This document shows, piece by piece, positions 1-11,960 of a DNA stretch of 64,000 bases. Source of the stretch: Octopus sinensis. Its lineage: Eukaryota. Where the stretch lies: the NCBI RefSeq assembly GCF_006345805.1, contig NC_043010.1, positions 31,868,001 through 31,932,000 on the forward strand, given 5' to 3'. The stretch's first letter is position 1; every line of letters starts with the position of its first letter. The notes under the pieces were generated by a model, which saw only the letters and a program-made list of their open reading frames with translations, ran no database searches and had not been told where the DNA came from. The position numbers and the translations under genes were made by a program.

Positions 1-642
1 CTCACACACATATATATATATCCACACACACACGCACACACACACACACACACATATATATATGTATGTATGTACATTCACACATAGATGCATCCACACA
101 CACATTCATGTACATATAGATATATGTATGCACACATACAAATGTGGGTGGTGATGTGTAATTTTATGAAGACATACAGAGAAATATGTTTTAAGAGAAT
201 GGTATGAAAAGAAAGATTAGGGAATTAAAAAAATAAGAGTAAAAGTAACATTTTGAGACAATTATGGAGGAAGGGTGGGAACAAAAGAGAAGATACGAAA
301 GGAATGAGATAAAGGAAGTGTAAAGAGAGAAAGAGCTGGGTTTTTTTTATCACTCTATCTCTCTCACTCACCACCTCATCTCTACATCATTCTCCACCTC
401 ATTCTCTCTACCATCTCTCTCTACAAGTGTCTCTACTACACACACACACACACGTACACACACATACACACAGAGACAAATATGTGTGAAGTAGAAAGTT
501 ACATATATATACATAAATACATATACCCATGCACATACATATACATACATAAATACATACATAAATATATATGAACAAGCATGCAGACACAGATTCATTG
601 ATTCATTGACTGTTATCTAGCTGATTGTGCCCAATAAATTAG

Positions 643-696
<54 letters not shown>

Positions 697-1339
697 GGAT
701 GGGTGGGGACAGAGAGAGACTGAGACAGGAAGAAGTGGTAGAAAAAGGTAGATGTCTTTCTACAAGTATGTTTGACATTTAGTTTGTAGAGAGAAAGAGA
801 GAGGAGAAGATGGTGATGGGAAGAGGGTAGGTGTCTTTCTACAAATAACATTTGATAATTTCTACATTGTAGGTAACTGTTGAGCATTTCTATAGGATTT
901 TATGACTGAATCTATCCTCTTCCTGTTGTAGTTTTCGTTTATCTCTAGGTACAACAGCATTCACTAATGTGTCCTTCACTTTTTTAAGACTGCATGGTGG
1001 AATTTAATAAAATTTGATTGTTGTTTCCAATAAGTAGAGCAATTGAGCAGTAGCAACTTGATTGACTTCGAACTCAGTGGTGTATGTGTGTGTGTGTGTG
1101 GTGTGTGTGTGTGGTGTGTGTGTGTGCGCATGCATGTATATATGTGTGTAAATATATATATATATATATGTATATAACGGGAAGCTTTATGAAAATAGAC
1201 AAAAGACGAAGGCAGGTGGAAAACAAACAAACAATTGTATTAGTATGGCGCTCAGGAAATATAAATAAAACAAGTCTTTAACGTTTCGAGCCTACGCTCT
1301 TCAACAGAAAGATACATATATATATATAATATATATATA

Positions 1340-1372
<33 letters not shown>

Positions 1373-1472
1373 ATATATATATATATATACACATATATAT
1401 ATATATACATCCATATATACATACATATATATACATACATACATATATATATATACATACATATATACATAC

Positions 1473-1541
<69 letters not shown>

Positions 1542-1557
1542 TTATTTATATATATAA

Positions 1558-2030
1558 TCAACTAATAAGGGTGAGAAAATTGGATACTAATTTAATATAC
1601 CATCAATTTAACACCAAGTGGCTTAGTGCATAAAAACCGGGAATACAATAAATTTTATACGTAAATATAAGAGAGTGATCACTATGTGGTCGACTCTAGC
1701 ACTAAAAATAGATCCGCTACGGTTTAGCCACGAAGAATTGTTTCCGGTGAAAGTTAGCACAACTATTAGCGTAAACGAGTAGGGCAAATAAAAAATAACA
1801 AAAATACAGATTAATTCAGGACAATTGTTTCGCTATTAATAAATTATGTAATTTTACTCACATAACGTATATGTAGCTCCTCAGCTGAATTTGTATAGAA
1901 TACAATTTACTCAACCGCCTGCCAGATTTTACCATAACGATAAACACACATGTGGTTCAGTCGATTGCATTCGCCGTTCTGAGGAGCTACAGATATGTTA
2001 TGTGAGTAAAATTACATAATTTATTAAAGG
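1558..2030 (-). mobile_element. PLE/retrozyme-like non-coding repeat with hammerhead; diverged relative of 2243-3501, with a short inverted copy at 1980-2028
   Basis: Alignable by eye to the 2243-2718 unit (taagggtgaga..., aacaccaagtggc, gccagattttaccataacgataaa). Contains an intact HHR and lies next to (TA)n. Confidence 0.65.
1814..1890 (-). ncRNA. Type I hammerhead ribozyme
   Basis: Minus strand reads ATTCAG-CTGAGGA-GCTA...TAGC-GAAA-CAATTG-TC-CTGAAT. Stems I, II and III all pair; GUC cleavage triplet. Confidence 0.85.
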
Positions 2031-2200
2031 TTATTTATGACAGGTAACGACAAATATATACATTTAGATTGACTGAGGTAGTAATACGAGTCATAAAAGT
2101 CATTATTATGAGATGATTATAAGATGATAATAAAGTAAGAGAACAAAACGGACCATGGTTTACGCAAAGCTATTCATCGTTTGAACAACACTGGTTAATG

Positions 2201-2248
<48 letters not shown>

Positions 2249-2397
2249 AATATAAGAGAGTGGTCACTATATGGCTCACTCTAGCACCAGTTAATCCAAA
2301 AGGTTTCAACCACAAAAATACATGTTTCCCATGAAAGTCAGTACGATTGTTAGCTCACACGGACAGGGCAAATAAAAAATAACAAAAATACAGATTA

Positions 2398-2479
2398 TTT
2401 TGGGACAATTGTTTCGCTATTAATGAATTAAATGTAATTTTACTTACAAAAAAATCCACTTGTAGCTCGTCAGCCAAAA
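2398..2479 (-). ncRNA. Type I hammerhead ribozyme (inverted copy)
   Basis: Minus strand reads TTTTGG-CTGACGA-GCTA...TAGC-GAAA-CAATTG-TC-CCAAAA. Confidence 0.85.
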
Positions 2480-3137
2480 CTATCTGGATGAAATCCACTC
2501 AATCACACGCCAGATTTTACCATAACGATAAATACGCGTGTGGTTCAATTGATTACATCCGACGTTATAATTCAAATGCCCCAACTAACAGCGCGCCAAA
2601 CTTTCACGGAAAACAAGACTGCATTTAGAAATAAATGTAGCATAATTATAATTAATTAATAAGGGTGAGAGAATTAGATACTAATTTAATAGTATATCTA
2701 TTCAACACCAAGTGGCCTGTCCGTGTGAGCTAACAATCGTACTGACTTTCATGGGAAACATGTATTTTTGTGGTTGAAACCTTTTGGATTAACTGGTGCT
2801 AGAGTGAGCCATATAGTGACCACTCTCTTATATTTATTTTGTAAAAATATTATAATATATTATAAAATATTATAATAATCCAGGTTTCTCGGAGCACTAG
2901 GCCACTTGGTGTTGAATAGATATACTATTAAATTAGTATCTAATTCTCTCACCCTTATTAATTAATTATAATTATGCTACATTTATTTCTAAATGCAGTC
3001 TTTGTTTTCCGTGAAAGTTTGCGCGCTGTTAGTTGGGGCATTTGAATTATAACGTCGGATGTAATCAATTGAACCACACGCGTATTTATCGTTATGGTAA
3101 AATCTGGCGTGTGATTGAGTGGATTTCATCCAGATAG

Positions 3138-3218
3138 TTTTGGCTGACGAGCTACAAGTGGATTTTTTTGTAAGTAAAATTACATTTATTCATTAATAGC
3201 GAAACAATTGTCCCAAAA
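3138..3218 (+). ncRNA. Type I hammerhead ribozyme
   Basis: TTTTGG(3138)-CTGACGA(3144)-GCTA...TAGC-GAAA(3201)-CAATTG-TC(3212)-CCAAAA. Confidence 0.88.
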
Positions 3219-3495
3219 TAATCTGTATTTTTGTTATTTTTTATTTGCCCTGTCCGTGTGAGCTAACAATCGTACTGACTTTCATGGGAAACATGTATTT
3301 TTGTGGTTGAACCTTTTGGATTAACTGGTGCTAGAGTGAGCCATATAGTGACCACTCTCTTATATTTATTTTGTAAAAATATTATAATATATTATAAAAT
3401 ATTATAATAATCCAGGTTTCTCTCGGAGCACTAGGCCACTTGGTGTTGAATAGATATACTATTAAATTAGTATCTAATTCTCTCACCCTTATTAA

Positions 3496-3557
<62 letters not shown>

Positions 3558-3561
<4 letters not shown>

Positions 3562-4120
3562 CAAATAAGAAAATGGAGAAACAAATTCATTTCGATCATC
3601 AACTTACGGATATTACAATTTCACATTATTTATTAATTATACAAATGGGAACATGAAAATCGAACAAAACAATATACATCAATATATATATAAAAACATG
3701 CTTCACATACTATCCAATAAAAACAAGAAAATACATAATAAGACAGATATTCAAAATACACGCACACACACACACACGCACACACACACACACCACACAC
3801 ACACATATAATATATAAACACATATATGCATATAAAATATACAAATGTACTTACATATACATACATAGGCAAATCGTACATAGTAATCACATGTGCAAAA
3901 AATATAAAGAACAACATTGAACAGTATATCACATCACATTGGATTATCATGCTTCGTATAGTTCAGTAAATGCATTCTAACGTAATATACTACCATTTTT
4001 AACAATACCAACAGTAATGTTGTTTTAACGGTAATACTAAACAACGTAACAAAAATTCATGAAACAAGGTACTAAGTATAAATGTTCACACACACACACA
4101 CATACACACACACACACACA

Positions 4121-4165
<45 letters not shown>

Positions 4166-4181
4166 ACACACACACACACCA

Positions 4182-4212
<31 letters not shown>

Positions 4213-4635
4213 CATACACATATGCATAAACAAGATATTTGCGTATGAATATATTATACAAACATAATCTAAATAATACTTAACGCATCCGCTTAACACG
4301 AATAAGTTAAATCCTAGCATCCAAAACATTCAGTCCGAATTACAAGTCCAGGTAAGATCAGTTCCACAAAATATAAGTCCCCGTTATATGCATATTAATC
4401 TAATATGCATATATTAGATTAATATGCATATAACGGCGATAGGCAATTTAAGTTGAATTGACTCTTGACCATAGACTGAAACAGCTGTAAGGAGCAGTTA
4501 TTGTTTATATTTTAATTTTTATTATTATATTACATATTGATGTATATTGTTTTGTTTGATTTTCATGTTCCCATTTGTATATTTAATGTGAAATTGTAAT
4601 ATCCGTAAGTTGATGATTGAAATGAATTTGGTTAA
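3558..4635. mobile_element. Probable PLE 3'-end remnant in inverted arrangement
   Basis: ~3580-3690 is the reverse complement of ~4532-4632. Carries a 3' half-hammerhead GAAACAGCTGTA near 4479. Its end resembles 57960-58020. Confidence 0.45.
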
Positions 4636-4642
4636 CACACAA

Positions 4643-4672
<30 letters not shown>

Positions 4673-4673
<1 letters not shown>

Positions 4674-4836
4674 CAACGGGCTTCTTTCAGTTTCTGTCTA
4701 CCAAATCCACTCACAAGGCTTTGGTCAGCCCGAGGCTATAGTAGAAGACACTTGCCCAAGGTGCCACGCAGTGGGACTGAACCCGGAACCATGTGGTTGG
4801 TAAGCAAGCTACTTAACACACAGCCACTCTTACGCC
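4673..4836 (-). mobile_element. tRNA-derived octopus SINE, head half
   Basis: Reverse complement of ggagtggctgtgtggtaag...ggttcagtcccac (A/B box) plus caccttgggcaagtgtc core; many copies in window. Confidence 0.85.
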
Positions 4837-5498
4837 TATATATATTTTTTAACTATATCTCTATTTCATTTTAGCTTATATGATAGATCTTGACGACAGG
4901 AATCTATCCATATAAGCAAAAATGTTCAGTGGAAAAGAGGTACTGAGGTCAAAACCGGCGAAAAAAAAAAGGAGATTAACACCTGAAATTGACTTTGACT
5001 CTAAATATTATTCTTATTTCAAAGAAAACTACATTAAAATTTAACTTTTCTGATAGATCTTGACTACAGGAATCCCATGATGATAATTATATAAAAGAAA
5101 TTTTAAACAGAAAACTACTGGGGCCAAATGTGCCGAAAACAGTGGTAATGCATAAAAACAAATTCAAAATGAAAAAAGTTACTATATACTAATGTGCCCA
5201 AAGTACGTAAAACAGTTTCCAAGTAATATTAGCAAGATACCACCCTGAGTTGCCCGGGATTAAAATGGCATAGTTTGTGTGTGTGTATATATATATATAT
5301 ATATTATATATATATATATAATATATATATAATATATATAATATATAATTGAGTAGTTGAATTAATTATCTTATTATGGATAATTCGGTTAACCGATACC
5401 TGGGTAGCAATTCACGTCAGAAAAACACGGTTGAAGCTACATGCCTAAGGCAGAGATCACGTGCTATCGTGTGGAAATTTGTGTGTTTTTTTAAACAA

Positions 5499-6432
5499 AT
5501 AAATGAAAGAATGGAGTTGAACGACGAATTAACAAAATTCCTTTATTTTATTTTCGACATATGTTTCGAAGGCTGCATATTCCTAATTTCGAAGGAATAA
5601 GGGGTGCATTATGCGCCTTCTCATCAGGAAAAGTAAGGAACTTATGTCAGCATCAAGATGCACAAAAACTTTTAGATGACTGCCCACACGGAGCCCATAG
5701 CGATAATGAGTGTTTCTTAAAATATTCCGTTATAAGCAGTGACGTCAAAAATGGTTGAATGTAGAAGATTCTAGAAGGTTCAAGGGTTCAACAAGGTTGG
5801 AGGAGAGAGACCTAAGAATAGGAAGGTAAAAGGGTGCAGGTCAAATGAATGGTGATTTTGTTGTTTTCTTTTGTGAATGAGTGCCTATGTGTGTGTATGT
5901 ATATAACTGCATTAATGGCTGTGTGTGTGTATGTGTGTTCGTGATTGTGTGTGTGGATGGGTAGATGCCAAAAACAGACAGTGGTGAAGTGACAGGTTTG
6001 TGTCTGTGTGTTTGATTGTGCTTACGATAGAGAGAGGGAAAGAGAGAGAGGAGGGCGAGTTAGAGAGACAAAGGTAAAACATACCTCAATGGGTTGGGTA
6101 GTAGTCCTTTAAGAGTATAAAAATTGACTATGGGGGTGATATATAAATGGGACTATATTATTAAAATTCACCTTCTAGAATCTTCTACATTCAACCATTT
6201 TTGACGTCACTGCTTATAACGGAATATTTTAAAGAAACACTCATTATCGCTATGGGCTCCGTGTGGGCAGTCATCTAAAAGTTTTTGTGCATCTTGATGC
6301 TGACATAAGTTCCTTACTTTTCCTGATGAGAAGGCGGCATAATGCACCCCTTATTCCTTCGAAATTAGGAATATGCAGCCTTCGAAAATAAAATAAGGAT
6401 TTTGTTAATTCGTCGTTCAACTCCATTCTTTC

Positions 6433-6438
<6 letters not shown>
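5499..6438 (-). mobile_element. PLE 3'-end fragment with inverted terminal copy (arms ~5499-5779 and ~6170-6438)
   Basis: ~280-bp near-perfect inverted repeat containing a hammerhead. Right end abuts (TA)n. Confidence 0.75.
5551..5632 (-). ncRNA. Type I hammerhead ribozyme
   Basis: Minus strand reads TTTTC-CTGATGA-GAAGGC...GCCTTC-GAAA-CATATG-TC-GAAAA. Stem II is extended by GCATA/TATGC and an inner TATTCCT/AGGAATA hairpin. Confidence 0.88.
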
Positions 6439-6490
<52 letters not shown>

Positions 6491-6519
6491 TATATTATAT
6501 ATACATAACATTCATGTTC

Positions 6520-7300
6520 AAACAAGTGATACGGGAAAGTGCAACACTGACGACAAAACATTTGTGGAGTAAATGTTAAAGTTTTGCATAAACGACAGTT
6601 TGAGTTAGCTCACCACTTTGGACAGAATTATGATTTTTATAAGAATGGGATGGATCATACCTGAAAGCAGCTCCAGGTGTTGTGAAGAACGAATCCGTAC
6701 GTGCTCTATTTCGGAGAACTATTCTATTAGACCTCTGTGTAATCTGGCGTGCTAAATGTTGTTTTAATGATTCAGCATTAAGCGTTGCAGTATGCCTTGG
6801 CTAATCTTGGGAAAGTTTCATCTCACTTCTCTCTTGAGACTCCATTTGATGTGCTGCAGTATGCTTTTGCTGATCTTGAGAAAGTCTCCTCTCCCTTCTC
6901 TCTGGACATTGTAATTGACGTGCAGCAACATGAGTTTGGTGATCTTTAGAAAGTGCCATGTCCCTTCTCTGTTGAGACTCCATCTGACGTGCTGCAGCAT
7001 GCATTTGCTGATGTTGAGAAATTCTCATGTCCCTTATTTCTTGAGACTCTTATCTTCGATATTCTGAATTCCTCCTTGCTTTATAGGCGTTAATGGAGAT
7101 ATTACGTTTTTCCTTTGGTAGCATATTTTTTTCAATATTTTAAACAAAAAATTATGTATATAGAAAAAATATACATTAATCTCTACTTTTGTAAGCAGTT
7201 GTATGTATGTAGTATGTCTATATTTTGTGTGCAGTGTAAAGTAATCTAATATAGGCAAATTGTAAATACCTTGCAACTGCGATAATTATGAACTGTTAAT
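6520..7300 (-). mobile_element. Helitron Rep/helicase N-terminal fragment (degenerate)
   Basis: ~63-bp coding repeats (ESQ.RR..RLSQDQQ.H.AA) followed by AAFRYDPSHSY...SGE..-CRLC...CC. This resembles the AF.YDP...IG.M...C..C...CC region of animal Helitrons. Frameshifts and stops. Confidence 0.6.
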
Positions 7301-9089
7301 GGAACGGCAGGTGTATATTTTTATATAACTTGGACCTTCCACATGGTAATGTGGGTTGTCAAGGGTTTATGTAGATGTGTGTGTGTGTGTGTGTTTAATA
7401 ACATAGGTAACGGGCGCATAAACCCACACTCACAGATATAAACACATTCGTACTAAAAAAATGTGACGATACGCACACTCTCACATACAGACATACATTA
7501 ACGCATGTCAGTCGTCACATGTGTATATGCATGTGTAGATGTGTGTGTGTGTGTGTGTTTAATAACGTGCCTAACGCGGAAACACACACACAGTTAGAAA
7601 GATATACACACTCATACACCCACACACATACACTCAGAGACACATACACATATATGTGACGTCGTCGACGTCGTGGTGGTTTGAAATGCCCTTTATTATC
7701 TCGTACATATCGAACACGCAAACACATACACACAAAAGTGAAAGAATAAAAGTGAAGCAATATTACACAACGGTTTTCGATAGAAAGAGAAATAGTGTAT
7801 TTAAATAGACGGAGTGCACAAAATTTAAAATAAATAAAGTAATGTTGTAGGGGGAACGTACAAATACCATAAAGACAAAGATATTTACGCACAACAAAAT
7901 TGAAATACACTGAAGTCAATTTTCGGAGAGAGAGAGAGAGTGAGAGAAACTGATATCTGTATATGTGAAAGTGAGAAAAAGAAAAAGAGATAAATAAGAA
8001 AAGAGAAAAGGAAGAGAATTGCTTGAAAACTGCTGAAGTCAAAGGGAGAAAATCGGTTGAAAATTGCATATTTGTTGAGACAAACCCATGCGAAAAACTT
8101 TTTTTCATGGACGGTTTGTCACATTAGGCGGGAGCACTGGGCAAAATGTTATAGTGCATGCCCATCCATGGGACATAAGTATTGTGTGTGTAAAGTTTGG
8201 TGAAAATCGGTTGAAAACTGTAGAAATGCATACATATTACACACACACACACACACACACACATGTGAACATGCACATAACTTTTAAAATACCCATGAAA
8301 GGAAACAAAGGTGAGTGTGACGAATACGTAGCTATGCATTGTAAATAAACACTCACACACACATACATATATATACATACATACGTACATGCATACATAT
8401 ATACTTTTTGCAGAAAAATGTTACTGAGGTTTAAAGTTTAATCATTTTCACCTAATCAGAAAACAGGATTCAGAAGCTGGCATTTCCTGCATGATAGTTG
8501 TCTATCACAAAATGAAATCAAAATCATTATCTGAGGAGGAATTTTTATTAAACAAAGGAAAGCAAAGCATTACAACGACCAAAGTTGCAAGAACTTCTGA
8601 AGTTTGAATAGGTTTTTGTTTGCTTTTGAACTTTAATTCAATATTAAGAGTAGCAGAATTTAGAATATTATTTCTTAGAGCAAAGTGACAAGGTTTTTGC
8701 TTTCAGATAGTATGATTGGATTTTCAGAGCAGCAGGATTCAGATTTTTTATTTTTAGGCGAGTTGACAAGAACAGTAGCTGAATTGCAGGCTTTATTTTT
8801 ATTTTGGATGAATTTTAACTAACAAACTAACTTTGCCCTAACAAGGGCAGGTGACTCCTTCTGCCTTACGGTGGATGCATTAGCTACTTTTGCATTTTTT
8901 AAAATTTCGTATTAGCCATGGCTTTACTATTCATATGACCAGATTCTCTTCTTACTATATAGTTGATATATTTTCATACTTTTTCTTGTTAACTCTTCTA
9001 ACTATGTATAGATATAGATAAATTATTTCTTGATTTTATAATAAAATAAGGGCAGAGGTAAAGAATACGCACAGAAACCATTTTCAGCA

Positions 9090-9162
9090 TAACCCTAAGC
9101 CTAACCCTATACCCTAACCCTTACTCTAAACCCTAACCTTAACCCTCAACTCTAACCCTTAA
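9090..9162 (+). repeat. Degenerate interstitial (CCCTAA)n-like repeat
   Basis: About 12 imperfect taaccc units. Confidence 0.7.
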
Positions 9163-9470
9163 TGCCGGGTGTGCATATTCTTTTCTTCACCAAAATTAGT
9201 ATTATATTAATATTCACTATTATTATGTTTGCAGTTTTAAAAATCATTTTTATATTAGCCAAAGCAACGAAACCCTGTCCAGATAACCTTTTCTTACTTC
9301 TAGAATTTAAGAAAAAATATCTGAAAATTAAAAAAACACAACATAAAATACTTATTTTAATTCAATCATCAATAATTCAAATAATTTTTAACAAAAGAAT
9401 ATTTATTATTTTTATTGCATTGCCTGGTAAAAAAAAAGGTGATTACAATGAAAAATGTAGGTGCATGCAT

Positions 9471-10451
9471 GTTAATATCTTTAAGTTATTACACCTGGAC
9501 AAGTACAGAACAAGATTTCTACAGTAGAATTTGTTTAATTCATCACCTGTAAAGGAAACTAAAAAGTACTTAAAATTAAAATCCTACTGTACTTAAAATA
9601 TTGCCGCTAAGAATAACATTTTAAAATTAAATCTTTAAAAGCATGGTACAAAAATAATCAAAAATAATTTTAAACAAAAACGATTTTAAAAATCATGTCT
9701 TTTGAAATATACAATTAAAATAGTCACTTTATTTTGTTGTTTCAAATACAAACAATAAAACATGAAGTTGTAAATAATATTGCACAAGATTTTTTTTCAC
9801 TTGAATTGAAATCCCATTAGAAAAAAAATTAATTGCTGTAGAATGGTCATTAAATGGTTTCAAATCAACCATATGCTCAGTCAATTTTTCCACATTGAAA
9901 AAATAAATTAATCTGATAAATTAATCATAAGTAAAATTTATTAGTTATACAGTAGAATTCTGACTAATTCATTACTTCACTTCACTTAATTTGTCACTTT
10001 CAATTTTCTCTTAAGGATGACTAATTAGGTGAATTCTACTGTAGTTTTTTAAAATTAATTCTGTTTTATTTCATTTTTAAAATTCTGCTTTTTTCCAAAA
10101 CAAACTCATAGGCTTAAAAACAGACCCAAATAATTTTGCTTGAAATTTTTTTTTTCTGAAAATAATAAAAATTACTGGACTATACATGAAAAGGGTTTCT
10201 GAATATAAGCCAATAAGCTTAAAATCAGATGGGCTTATTTTTGGAAAAACCCAGTAATATTTTTATAATTTTTGTTTTAATAAAATATAGTAAATTTTTA
10301 AAATGTTATTCTAGGCTGCAATATTTTAAGTACAGTAGAATTTTAATTTTAAGTACTTTTTAGTTTACTTTAGAGGTGACTAATTAGGCAAATTCTAATG
10401 CAGAAATCTTATTCTGTACTTTTCCAAGTGTAATAATTTAAGAATATTAAC
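9471..10451. mobile_element. Foldback/MITE-like AT-rich element
   Basis: ~160-bp imperfect inverted repeats (9471-9630 vs 10290-10451) and internal repeats of acagtagaatt / aattctactgt. Confidence 0.55.
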
Positions 10452-10599
10452 TTGAGAATATAACAGTGCAGCATGAAAAAATGTCTGTGTACCTGTTTAA
10501 CTATACGATAAAACGTTTTTATTGTTTCTATAATATCTTAACAGTACCCACATACCTAGTTTCAGCTGTCTTCCTGTTCCACCTTTCCAAATAAACAGA

Positions 10600-11400
10600 A
10601 TCGAATTCACTTTTACTTAGTCTTGATGTAGTAAGCCTTTACACCAATATTCCACATGATTTAGGAATAAAGGCGATTAAATACTGGGTGGAAAACCATT
10701 GAGAAGCGATCCTCATTAGATTCACCATGCCATTTATATTAGACACAGTCATACTTATCCTTGAAAATAACACATTCTTTCTTAATGGAAAGAATTACAT
10801 GCAAGTTAGAGGCACAGCAATGAGAACGAGATTTGTTCCCATTTGTGCGAACTCCGTAATGGAATACTGAGAAAAACAATTCTATCAATGAGTACAGGAA
10901 AACTAGAGCTCTGAATTTAGAAGGTATATTTAAGATGCATGGAAGAGATACCTTGATGACTGCTTCATAATCTGGACAAAATCTCTAGAAACTCTGGAAG
11001 AATTTAATATCCTCCTGAACAATCTGCACCCAACTCTCCAATTAATAAAAGAAATAAGTAGTACCAAATTACCATTTCTAGACATAATGGAAATTAAAAG
11101 TGACAACACCACCACGACCACCACTGATATGTACTATAAACCAACATGCAGGAGATTTGATCAAAAATTTTCAATCGAATCTCCTGCAAGTCAAAATGGG
11201 ATCCCTTGACAACAATGTAAACTTTTGCCCAATGAGTTGCCAGCAGATTACGCTTCTTTTGGGCAATTACTACATCCGAGGTTCTGCTAGCTATGAAACA
11301 TATGTAGCCTGGATTTTATCTACTCTATTCTCTAATTTGGGATTTTTATTCGCATATAGAGCAACCCCAGCTACTAACTACGAACTATAAAATAACTTTT
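10600..11400 (+). mobile_element. Penelope-like (Neptune-type) reverse transcriptase fragment
   Basis: Plus-strand translation gives SLDVVSLYTNIPHD, RGTAM, KRYLDDCFIIW and LPFLDI. Interrupted by stops; followed by a degenerate HHR-like motif at ~11223-11312. Confidence 0.8.
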
Positions 11401-11574
11401 TTCAGTTTATCAAACTTTGATACAGGGAAAATTTACAACCTTCTATGTCAATAAACGACTATTGTTCTTGAAAGTTGTTTTTTTTCACACCTTCTATGGA
11501 TGGCTCAAAGCTTACTGACTTCCTATTCCTTGTTCCTGGGATCTTACCTTTACACACACACATATATATTCTTT

Positions 11575-11959
11575 TTTTAATTGTTTCAGTCATTTGACTG
11601 TGGCCATGCTGGAGCACCGCCTTTAAGTCGAGCAAATTGACCCCCGGACTTATTCTTTGTAAGCCTATCAGTCTCTTTTGCCAAACAGCTAAGTTACGAG
11701 GATGTAAACACACCAGCATCAGTTGTCAAGCGATGTTGGGTGGACAAACACAGACACACAAACATATGCACCCCCCACACATATATATATACATATATAC
11801 AGCGGGCTTCTTTCAGTTTCCGTCTACCAAATCCACTCACAAGGCTTTGGTCAGCCTGAGGCTATAGTAGAAGACACTTGCCAAGGTGCTACACAGTGGG
11901 ACTGAACCCAGAACCATGTGGTTGGTAAGCAAGCTTCTTACCACACAGCCACTCCTGCG
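11575..11959 (-). mobile_element. tRNA-derived octopus SINE, full length
   Basis: Head, core, (CA/TA) middle and tail ending gactgaaacaa. Confidence 0.9.
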
Positions 11960-11960
11960 A

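Larger units (their letters stand above)
2243..3501 (+). mobile_element. ~533-bp non-coding HHR-bearing unit: 1.5 tandem copies (2717-3501) preceded by an inverted copy (2243-2718)
   Basis: Direct repeats recur at a 532-534 bp offset (2719/3252, 2841/3373, 2897/3431). 2243-2718 is the reverse complement of ~2898-3372. Flanked by (TA)n. Confidence 0.8.

Noticed and set aside
1272-1310. Minimal hammerhead (minus strand TTGAAGAGCGTAGGCTCGAAACGTTA)
   Set aside because: C3 is absent, stem II cannot form outside the core, and stem I is unconvincing; at most a decayed PLE end.
8040-8260. Non-autonomous Helitron-like repeat (also ~14425-14680)
   Set aside because: It resembles such elements, but I could not identify termini or a hairpin with confidence.
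9090-9162. Telomere
   Set aside because: Short, degenerate and internal; an interstitial repeat only.
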